Assembly: GCA_963775425.1 (NCBI GenBank)
Contig: CAVZJB010000013.1
Location: 1 to 64,000, forward strand
From: an uncultured delta proteobacterium
GTDB taxonomy: Bacteria; Myxococcota; UBA727; VGSZ01
Reading direction: 5' to 3'
DNA length: 64,000 nucleotides
The notes beneath the pieces were generated by a model, which saw only the letters and a program-made list of their open reading frames with translations, was not told the DNA's origin and did no database searches. The position numbers were made by a program, and so were the translations under genes. Within the stretch, counting starts at the first letter, position 1. Every line of letters starts with the position of its first letter. Shown piece by piece: positions 56,871 to 64,000 of this stretch.

Positions 56871-58936
56871 GCGGCCGGCGTGGGGCGGCGCCCGCGGTCG
56901 TGGCGTGTCTCGTCGCGTGCCTCGCGGCGACGGACGTGGGCGCGTTCGAGCCCCTGTGCAACAGCTTCGGCGCCGGCGGCGGCCACTTCCAGGACCAGTG
57001 CGGCGCCTGCAGCGAGGACAGCGCCGCGCGCTGGGAGCCCGCGGCGGTGACGTTCGTGTTCGACCGGACCACGGTGCCGAGCGCGCAAGGCGTCTCGGCC
57101 GCGCGCTTCGCCCAGGACATCGACATCTCGCTCGCGGCCTGGAACGCGGTGCCCTCGTCGACGCTGGTGATGTCCGACGGCGGCGCGCTCAGCGAGCGCG
57201 TGCACAACGCAAACGTCGCCGAGCACGCCGTCTACTGGGACATCGACGACCAGGACTGGGTGAACGACACCAGCACCGCCCCCGACGGCGGCGCCCTCGG
57301 CATCACCTCCTTCACCTACGACTGCGACAATGACGGCGACGGCCGCCGCCAGCCCTATCAGGACGCCGACGTCGTGTTGAACGGCACACCCGGGCTCGCC
57401 GCCAACGTCTCGAGCTACAACGGCACCTGCGGCGGCCGGCCCTGCCCGTCGTCGACGACGGTGCTGATGCACGAGCTCGGGCACGCGGTGGGCCTCGGCC
57501 ACCCCTGCCCGCTGTGCGCGGACGCGCTCATGAGCGCCTCGCTCATCGTCAACGTGGGCGAGCCGCTCCCCGACGACGCGCTCTCGCTGCTCTCGCTCTA
57601 CGGCGCGCCCGGCGCCCTCGGCACGCCCTGCGCCGGCGACGGCGACTGCGGCTCGGGACACTGCGGCTCCTTCGCGCTCCCAAGCGGCGCGGCGTCGTAT
57701 TGCACGCAGCCCTGCGGCACCTGCCCCACGGGCTTCGCGTGCCTCGCGGGGCAGTGCGCGTTCGCGAGCACGCCGGACACGGCGCTCCCGGCCGTCGGCG
57801 AACCCTGCGGCTTCACCTGCGCCGACGACTGCTTCGCCGGGCAACCCGCCGGCAGCGTCATCGGCCCCGGCTGCAACGCCTGCCTCGTGGTCGGCGGCGC
57901 GGCCACGTGTGTGAAGGGCTGCTCGAAGTCGACCGGCGACGGCTGCGATCTGGCGAACGAGTTCTGCTCGGGCGTCGGCACGCCCGACGACCAGGGACAG
58001 TGCAAGCCGCGCCGCGCCGAGGGCGGAGCGTGCGCCGACGACAGCTTCTGCGAGCAGGGCCTTCACTGCGTCGGCAACGTCTGCCGCGCCGGCTGCGACC
58101 CCGCCGACAGCGCCACGTGCGCCGCCGGCCAGAGCTGCGTCGACGACGGCAGCGGGAGCTTCACGTGCCGCGGCGGCCTCGAGGGCGAGGCGTGCGCCGC
58201 CGCCGCCGACTGCGCGAGCGGCTTCACCTGCACGGGCTTCACGGCGCAGGCGCTGTTCTGCTTCAAGGACTGCGTGGACGACACCTCCTGCGCCGCCGAC
58301 GAGGCCTGCGCGCAGACCAACGCGGGCGACATCTGCGTGCGCGCGCGCGACGTCGGCGAGAGCTGCCCCGAGTTCAACGTCGTCTGCGCCGCGGGCTCGA
58401 CGTGCGACCCCGCGCACACGCTGTGCACGCGCCCCTGCTCGCTCGACGACGGCAGCGGCTGCCAGGCGGGCGAGACCTGCGTCGACGTCGACGGCGACGG
58501 CCTCTGCGTCGCCGCCGGGGACGCCGGCCTCGGGGAAGCGTGCGCGACGTCGTCGGACTGCCAGGCGGAGCTCCTGTGCGACGGCAGCGCCTGCCGCGCC
58601 CGCTGCGACCTCGGCGTCCCCTGCCCCTTCGGGGACGCGTGCACCGCCCTCGACACCGGCAGCGCCTGCATCCCCGCGGGCGAGGGCGAGGGCGAGGGCG
58701 AAGGCGACGCGGGCGAGGGCGAGGGCGAAGGCGAAGGCGATCCCCCCGGCGATCCCCCCGGTGGCTGCACCTGCGCGACCACCGCCGCCCCCGACGCGCT
58801 CGCGCTCGCCCTCGTCGCCCTCCTCGCCCGGCGACGCCGCCACGTGAAAGCGCAGCAGGGACACCGGCGCGCCGGGCTTCACGCCGAACGTGGCGAGCGC
58901 CGCGCATCCGCATGCGACGACGCGCGGGCAGGATGA
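56867..58936 (+). CDS. Matrixin (M10-like) metalloprotease with Cys-rich repeats, GE linker and MYXO-CTERM
   Basis: HELGHAVGLGH + ALM Met-turn; many CxxxxxC repeats; GEGEGE; GGCTC + hydrophobic + RRRR. Confidence 0.9.
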   Translation: MSGRRGAAPAVVACLVACLAATDVGAFEPLCNSFGAGGGHFQDQCGACSEDSAARWEPAAVTFVFDRTTVPSAQGVSAARFAQDIDISLAAWNAVPSSTLVMSDGGALSERVHNANVAEHAVYWDIDDQDWVNDTSTAPDGGALGITSFTYDCDNDGDGRRQPYQDADVVLNGTPGLAANVSSYNGTCGGRPCPSSTTVLMHELGHAVGLGHPCPLCADALMSASLIVNVGEPLPDDALSLLSLYGAPGALGTPCAGDGDCGSGHCGSFALPSGAASYCTQPCGTCPTGFACLAGQCAFASTPDTALPAVGEPCGFTCADDCFAGQPAGSVIGPGCNACLVVGGAATCVKGCSKSTGDGCDLANEFCSGVGTPDDQGQCKPRRAEGGACADDSFCEQGLHCVGNVCRAGCDPADSATCAAGQSCVDDGSGSFTCRGGLEGEACAAAADCASGFTCTGFTAQALFCFKDCVDDTSCAADEACAQTNAGDICVRARDVGESCPEFNVVCAAGSTCDPAHTLCTRPCSLDDGSGCQAGETCVDVDGDGLCVAAGDAGLGEACATSSDCQAELLCDGSACRARCDLGVPCPFGDACTALDTGSACIPAGEGEGEGEGDAGEGEGEGEGDPPGDPPGGCTCATTAAPDALALALVALLARRRRHVKAQQGHRRAGLHAERGERRASACDDARAG
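58842..58892 (-). pseudogene. Remnant of an aspartyl-protease paralog 3' region
   Basis: 48/51 identical to 38894-38944; encodes the same TFGVKPGAPVSLLRFH peptide on the minus strand. Confidence 0.7.
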
Positions 58937-59033
58937 GCGCGCGTCGCTGACGGGCGCTCGAGCGCACCGGCAGCGCGCGCGGGCCGCGCTGGCACGGTCG
59001 ATGAGTCCTGCGTCATCGCACCCAGGAGTCATC

Positions 59034-59267
59034 ATGAAGACCGTCATCGCCGCTTTCGTCCTCATCTGCGCGGGCAGCGTCGCCAACCGCCCGCTCACGG
59101 CGTCGTCGCTCGACCATTTGCAAGCCCTCGACGACACCGCCCTCGACGGCACCAAGGCCGCGCTCACCGGGCTCAACGAGCGCGCGCTCGACGTCCTGCC
59201 CGCCGCCGCCACGCTGCGCGCCGAGGACGCCGTCGCCGCCGTCGCCCTTCGGCTCGCCGGCGGATGA
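59034..59267 (+). CDS. Small secreted hypothetical protein (77 aa)
   Basis: AGGAG RBS; MKTVIAAFVLICAG signal-like N-terminus. Confidence 0.55.
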   Translation: MKTVIAAFVLICAGSVANRPLTASSLDHLQALDDTALDGTKAALTGLNERALDVLPAAATLRAEDAVAAVALRLAGG

Positions 59268-59307
59268 TCGGCTTTTCCGTGCGCCGCGCCGGCGGTGTCG
59301 GTCTGCC

Positions 59308-60378
59308 ATGAAGCTCAGGTGGCGCGCTCTCGCCCTTGTCGCCCCGTGGCCGCTCGCGTGCTGCGCCCCGCCGCCCCTTCACCCGGACGGCGTCGGAGAG
59401 ACCGTGCATCAGCAGGTGGTGGTGCAGTTGACCGGCGGCGCGCCGACGGGCCCGGGCTCGCCGTCGGAGATCGGCGTGGTCAACCTCGACGGGTCCGACC
59501 TCCTGCCGCTCACCAACGACGGCACCTTCAAGTTCCTCCCGCACTTCTCGCCCGACGGCACGCGGATCGCGTACACGAAGTTCGCGCTCGGCGGCGCCTA
59601 CGGCCAGCCCGGCTCGCACGCCGACATCGCCGTCTACGAGCTCGCCACGGGCCGGGAGACGATGCTGACGACGGACGGCGCCAGCGTCCAGGTGACGTGG
59701 TCCCCCGACGGAGCGCGCTTCGCGTGGCTCCGCTTCGACGGCACCGTCGGCAACGGGCCCGGCGCGATCTGGGTCGCCGACGCCGACGGCGCGAACGCGC
59801 ACCGCATCGCGGCGTCGCCCGGCACGCGCGAGGACGGCGCGTGGGGTGACATCGCGTGGGGGCCCGGGGATTGGATCCTCTTCACGGTCCAGACGAACAT
59901 CGGCGACTGCTTCAAGGTGCGCACCGACAAGATCCGGGCAGACGGCAGCGAGCGCACGCAGGTGAGCGACGGCGGCTCGAGCTGCACGCCGCAGGGCTTC
60001 GAGCAGGCGGGCGACGCGGACCCGGGCTGGAGCGCCGACGGCGCGACCATCTACACCTCGCGCGGTCTGCCGTCCGCCCCGAGCGACGCGCCGGCGGGCC
60101 AGACCATCACCGAGCGCAAGCTCGAGTCGTTCTCGAGCGACGCATGGACCCCGCAAAGCGCCGACACCGACCTGTCGCTGCCCGCCGCGCCCGACTGCAT
60201 CGAAGGCGTGCCGAAGGCGTCGCCCGACGGTGACAGCGTGCTCCTCTTCCGTCTGTGCTTCGGCGCAAACGGCCAACCCGACGAGCCCGGCGTCTACCTC
60301 GCGGACGCTGCCGGCGCGACGCGGAGCTTCGTGCTCGCCGGCTTCGGCGCAGACTGGAATCCTTCCGCCGCGCCGTAG
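59308..60378 (+). CDS. TolB-like PD40 beta-propeller lipoprotein
   Basis: LACC lipobox; PHFSPDGTRIAY, WSPDGARF, WSADGATIY, ASPDGDSV. Confidence 0.85.
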   Translation: MKLRWRALALVAPWPLACCAPPPLHPDGVGETVHQQVVVQLTGGAPTGPGSPSEIGVVNLDGSDLLPLTNDGTFKFLPHFSPDGTRIAYTKFALGGAYGQPGSHADIAVYELATGRETMLTTDGASVQVTWSPDGARFAWLRFDGTVGNGPGAIWVADADGANAHRIAASPGTREDGAWGDIAWGPGDWILFTVQTNIGDCFKVRTDKIRADGSERTQVSDGGSSCTPQGFEQAGDADPGWSADGATIYTSRGLPSAPSDAPAGQTITERKLESFSSDAWTPQSADTDLSLPAAPDCIEGVPKASPDGDSVLLFRLCFGANGQPDEPGVYLADAAGATRSFVLAGFGADWNPSAAP

Positions 60379-60441
60379 CCCCACGCGCCGCAGTGGAGAA
60401 GCGCAGCGACGTGGACGACGTCGTCACCGCGCGCCGCCGCT

Positions 60442-60470
60442 TTGACACGCGGGGCGCGCGGCGTTACGTT
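60442..60470 (+). promoter_or_regulatory. Sigma70 promoter for asnB
   Basis: TTGACA-N17-TACGTT. Confidence 0.65.
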
Positions 60471-60598
60471 TCGTGCTCGTTCAGGGCGTGCTGCGGATCC
60501 GCGTTCGGTCCCTGCAGTCGCGATCATTCTCCCTCTTTGAAGGACCTTGGGCGGCCCACGGCCGAGCGCGCCGCCATGGCGCGTGCATAGGAGTTTCG

Positions 60599-62554
60599 AT
60601 GTGTGGAATTGCGGGGGTGTGGCAGTGCGCGCCCATCGAAGCCGGGATCGACACGCTTCTCGGCGACATGCTCGCCACCATCCACCACCGCGGGCCGGAC
60701 GGCACGCGCATCCACGTCGATCGCGCCGCCCAGCTCGCCATGGGCCACACGCGGCTCGCGATCATCGATCTGGAGACGGGCGCCCAACCGCTGTTCGACG
60801 AGCCGCGCGAGCGCGCGCTCACCGTCAACGGAGAGTTCTACGACTACAAGCGGATTCGCGCCGATCTCGTCTCGCGTGGGCACCGCTTCGCCACGAAGAG
60901 TGACAGCGAGATTGCTCTGCCGCTGTACGAGCGGCGTGGGCTCGACTTCGTCGACTCGCTCCGGGGCGAGTTCGCGCTCGCGCTGTACGACCGCGCCGCG
61001 GACCGGCTCGTGCTGGCGCGGGACCGCTTCGGCATCAAGCCGCTGTTCTACTACGCCGATCGCGAGCGACTGATCTACGCCTCGGAGATCAAGGCCCTCT
61101 TCGCCCATCCGCAGGTGCCGAGGCGGATGAGCGCGAAGGGCGTGCTGCGCCAGCTCATGCATGTGCCGGTGCCGGGGGCGACCGCGTTCGAGCACGTGCA
61201 CAAGGTCAAGCCCGGACACATGCTCGTGGTCAGCCGGCGCGACGGACGGCTGGAGGTCACGGAGCGGCGCTACTGGGACCTCGACTTCCCGCGCGAGCAC
61301 GAACGCGACCTGGGCGTGGCGGCCGAGACGCAGATCGAGCAGGTGCGCGAGCAGATGATCGAGGCCGTGCAGCTTCGCCTGGAGGCCGACGTCCCCGTGG
61401 GCTGCTACCTCTCCGGCGGCATCGACTCCTGCTCCATCCTCGGCCTCGCGACCGCGGTGCAGCAGTCGCCGGTGAAGGCCTTCACCATCGGCTTCGACCA
61501 CCAGGCCTACGACGAGTCCGACGTCGCGCTGGAGATGGCCCACGCGGTGCGGGCCGACCACGAGACCTTCGTGATGAACGCGGAGGACCTGTACGGAGAC
61601 AACTACACGCGCTGCCTCTGGCACGCGGAGCGCGCCTTCTACAACGCGTTGGGTGTCGCCAAGTGGTGTCTGTCCGAGCGCGTCCGCGAGCGCGGCTACA
61701 AGGTGGTCGTCACCGGCGAGGGTGCCGACGAATTGTTCGGGGGCTACCCGGCGTTCAAGCGCGACATGATCCTCCACGGGATGGCCGGCGAGTCCCCCGA
61801 CGAGGTCTCGGCGCTGCAGCGGCAGCTCTATGAGAGCAACCGGATCTTCAAGGGCGCCATCCTCTCGGAGAGCTCACCCACGCACCCCGCCATGGAGGCC
61901 CTCTGCGGGTTCACGCCCTCGTGGATCCAGCCGTGGCTCGAAGCATCCAAGGTGGCCCGACCGCTGCTCGCCGACGACCTGCTCGCCCAGCTCGAGGGCT
62001 ACGACCCGGTGGAGGAATTGGCCGCCAGCCTCGACGCGAGCCAGTTCGAGGGGCGGCACCCGCTCGACAAAGCCCAGTACACGTACACAAAGACCCTGCT
62101 CGAGGTGCAGGTCCTCGGCTGGAGCGGCGACCGCGCCGACATGGCCAACTCCATCGAGGCGCGCCCGGCGTTCCTCGACCACCACGTGGCCGAGCTGGCG
62201 CGCACCATCCCTCCGTCGCGGCGCATCCACGGCATGGTCGAAAAGTGGGTCCTGCGTGAGGCCATGCACGGCATCCTCCCGGAGCGCTTGTACAAGCGAC
62301 AGAAGTTCGCGTTCATGGCCCCGCCGCCGCACACCGGGCCCAATCGACGCAAGGCGGTCGACCGCCTCATCGACCAGCACATGGGCCGCTCGCAGGTGGC
62401 CGACGCCGGGCTCTTCGATCCGGGGCGCCTCGACGCGTTCCTGCAGTCCTACCGGGTCGAGCACGATCCCACCGCGCTCACGCGGAAGGACGCGCTGCTC
62501 AATCACCTGCTCGGGCTGCACATGCTGCATCAGCGCTTCGTCCAGGGGAGCTGA
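60599..62554 (+). CDS. asnB: Asparagine synthase (glutamine-hydrolysing) family amidotransferase
   Basis: MCGI, HRGPD, HTRLAIID, NGEFY, RDRFGIKPL, LSGGIDS, GEGADELFGGY, EARPAFLD; AGGAG RBS. Confidence 0.93.
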   Translation: MCGIAGVWQCAPIEAGIDTLLGDMLATIHHRGPDGTRIHVDRAAQLAMGHTRLAIIDLETGAQPLFDEPRERALTVNGEFYDYKRIRADLVSRGHRFATKSDSEIALPLYERRGLDFVDSLRGEFALALYDRAADRLVLARDRFGIKPLFYYADRERLIYASEIKALFAHPQVPRRMSAKGVLRQLMHVPVPGATAFEHVHKVKPGHMLVVSRRDGRLEVTERRYWDLDFPREHERDLGVAAETQIEQVREQMIEAVQLRLEADVPVGCYLSGGIDSCSILGLATAVQQSPVKAFTIGFDHQAYDESDVALEMAHAVRADHETFVMNAEDLYGDNYTRCLWHAERAFYNALGVAKWCLSERVRERGYKVVVTGEGADELFGGYPAFKRDMILHGMAGESPDEVSALQRQLYESNRIFKGAILSESSPTHPAMEALCGFTPSWIQPWLEASKVARPLLADDLLAQLEGYDPVEELAASLDASQFEGRHPLDKAQYTYTKTLLEVQVLGWSGDRADMANSIEARPAFLDHHVAELARTIPPSRRIHGMVEKWVLREAMHGILPERLYKRQKFAFMAPPPHTGPNRRKAVDRLIDQHMGRSQVADAGLFDPGRLDAFLQSYRVEHDPTALTRKDALLNHLLGLHMLHQRFVQGS

Positions 62555-62597
62555 CCGCAGCGGCGCGCGCTATCCTCGCGGACCCCGAGGAGGCCCG

Positions 62598-62633
62598 ATG
62601 GCGCGCGTGACTGGTATCGGTGGAGTGTTCTAG
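62598..62633 (+). pseudogene. Truncated VOC/glyoxalase-family gene start
   Basis: GAGGAGG RBS + MARVTGIGGVF*, the typical N-terminus of a VOC subfamily, ending after 11 codons. Confidence 0.65.
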
Positions 62634-62641
62634 GCACCGAG

Positions 62642-62677
62642 CGTAGGGCGGTTGCCCGGACAAGCCCCCGCCCTACG
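62642..62677. repeat. GTAG-type REP-like palindrome
   Basis: Perfect 10-bp arms CGTAGGGCGG / CCGCCCTACG; the right arm contains the hydrolase stop codon. Confidence 0.75.
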
Positions 62678-63926
62678 GGTCCGCGGCGTCGAGGCGCTTG
62701 AGAGCGTCGAGGAGCGCGCCCTGCTCGGCGGGGTTCTCCTCGATGACGTGGCTGTCGCTGTGAAGCGTCTCGAGGTGCGCACCGAGCAAGCCGGCCCACT
62801 CCTGCGTCTCCGCGTAGTCGGCGAGCGAGTCGTGGTCGGCGTGGATGATCTCGATGTGCCCCGAGGGACGCGCGCCGTCCTCGAGGAGCTTCTTCATCGT
62901 GGCGAGGTCCTCGTCGGAGGCATGAAACGCCTGCGCGCGGCCCTTGAGGTGCTCGGTGGCCGCGTGCTGCGCGTTCTTCTGGAGGACGACGTCGCTCGAC
63001 GACAGGATCGGGAAGCCCATCGCGGCGAGCGGCACCTGGCGCAGCACGGGGACGTTGCCGAGCCCGGACAGCGTGGCGTTCACGATGCCGTCGCTGCGCT
63101 TGTAGTACGGGTCCTGCAGGACGACGTCGACGTCCTTGGGCATCCGCGGCCCGTCGAGGTCGATCTTGTCGAGGCTGTTCATCACGACCGCGCCCGTGGC
63201 GCCGGCGCCGCCGCCCATCGAGGTGCCGATGACGACGACCTTGTTGCCGCCCTCGGCCGCCTTGGCCGTCACCGCGGCGAGGTCGCGGGCGATGCCGAAG
63301 CCGCGGTCGATGCCGCCCTGCTTGCCGTCGGAGAGCCCGGCCCACTGGTGGTCCATCACCACCACCTCGTAGCCGCGCGCGTTCAGGAGCTGGATCTGCT
63401 CGGCGTAGTTGCGGCCGGTCTCGAGGAAGCCGGGCGAGATCACCGCGGTCTTGCCGTTGGCCGGCGCCGTCGGCTTCCAGGTCTGCGTGAAGACCTGGCG
63501 CTCGGCGATGGCGTGCCCGTCGACGCTGCCCCTGGCGGTGACGAAGGCGTCTGTGACTTCGCCTGGCTCGCGGCCGAAGCGCACGAGGGTGATGGCCTTG
63601 TCGACGAGGTACGCGTTCCAGTCCGCGGCGGAGACGTGCGCGGGCTTGTCGAGCGTGGAGACCTTGTGATCCCACGCCTTCTCCGCCGCCCCGAGGAACT
63701 GCGTGAGGCGCGCCTCCTCGTCGACCTTGCTGGCGCCGACCTCGAAGAACGCGCGCAGCTTGAAGAGGATGGGGTTGGTATCGAACGCCCCCGCCCGCTT
63801 CCCTTCACCGACGGTGCCGGGCTCGTTGCCGACGAGGCCGTCCTTGTTGCCGACGGTGGCGTCGTCGAGCTTCTTGTTGAGGGTGGCGACGGTGGCGCGC
63901 GATCCGAGGTTCAAGATGGCGGGCAT
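62673..63926 (-). CDS. Alpha/beta hydrolase (lysophospholipase-like) with N-terminal extension
   Basis: SPGFLETGRNY, MDHQWAGLS, GTSMGG nucleophile elbow, DHD, SH. Confidence 0.85.
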   Translation of the reverse strand: MPAILNLGSRATVATLNKKLDDATVGNKDGLVGNEPGTVGEGKRAGAFDTNPILFKLRAFFEVGASKVDEEARLTQFLGAAEKAWDHKVSTLDKPAHVSAADWNAYLVDKAITLVRFGREPGEVTDAFVTARGSVDGHAIAERQVFTQTWKPTAPANGKTAVISPGFLETGRNYAEQIQLLNARGYEVVVMDHQWAGLSDGKQGGIDRGFGIARDLAAVTAKAAEGGNKVVVIGTSMGGGAGATGAVVMNSLDKIDLDGPRMPKDVDVVLQDPYYKRSDGIVNATLSGLGNVPVLRQVPLAAMGFPILSSSDVVLQKNAQHAATEHLKGRAQAFHASDEDLATMKKLLEDGARPSGHIEIIHADHDSLADYAETQEWAGLLGAHLETLHSDSHVIEENPAEQGALLDALKRLDAADP

Positions 63927-64000
63927 GCCGGAGCTTCGCCCGTCCCGCGCCGCTTGGCGAGGGCGGCGGCTCAGGCGAGCCGGGCGAGGAGCGACTGACA

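Noticed and set aside
58990-59005. Sigma-54 promoter before the 59034 ORF
   Set aside because: Good -24 (TGGCACG) but the -12 reads ATGA rather than TTGC; too weak to call.
60599-62633. asnB as a lasso-peptide cyclase with the 11-aa ORF as precursor
   Set aside because: AsnB has an intact N-terminal Cys glutaminase domain, no B1/B2 genes are present, and the short ORF matches a VOC N-terminus.

Overview
Very GC-rich chromosomal window, most likely from a Myxococcota/deltaproteobacterium-like organism (MYXO-CTERM-type sorting tails, poly(Gly-Glu) linkers, Ser/Thr kinase, MshEN proteins). It holds about 55 real genes; many long ORFs in the supplied track are antisense shadows. No rRNA, tRNA, CRISPR array, integrase or transposase was seen. 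Main observations: (1) a >1950-aa minus-strand protein missed by the ORF track, built from ~405-440-aa super-repeats, that runs off the left edge; (2) a tightly coupled operon of MshEN-REC-TPR, FHA-GAF class III adenylate cyclase, Cys-rich lipoprotein and beta-carbonic anhydrase; (3) a GGDEF / PhnD-like binding protein / minimal family-A DNA polymerase operon; (4) a stand-alone nuoJ-K-L-N membrane module with no nuoM, whose NuoL has a very short lateral helix, has lost the TM5 Glu and the NRIGD Arg, and carries a basic tail - the best candidate for an undescribed system; (5) TAnnnT boxes 6-10 nt before many start codons, suggesting leaderless transcription; (6) REP-like repeats, gene remnants and one doubly frameshifted surface-protein gene. 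All family calls come from motif recognition by eye; no database searches were run.
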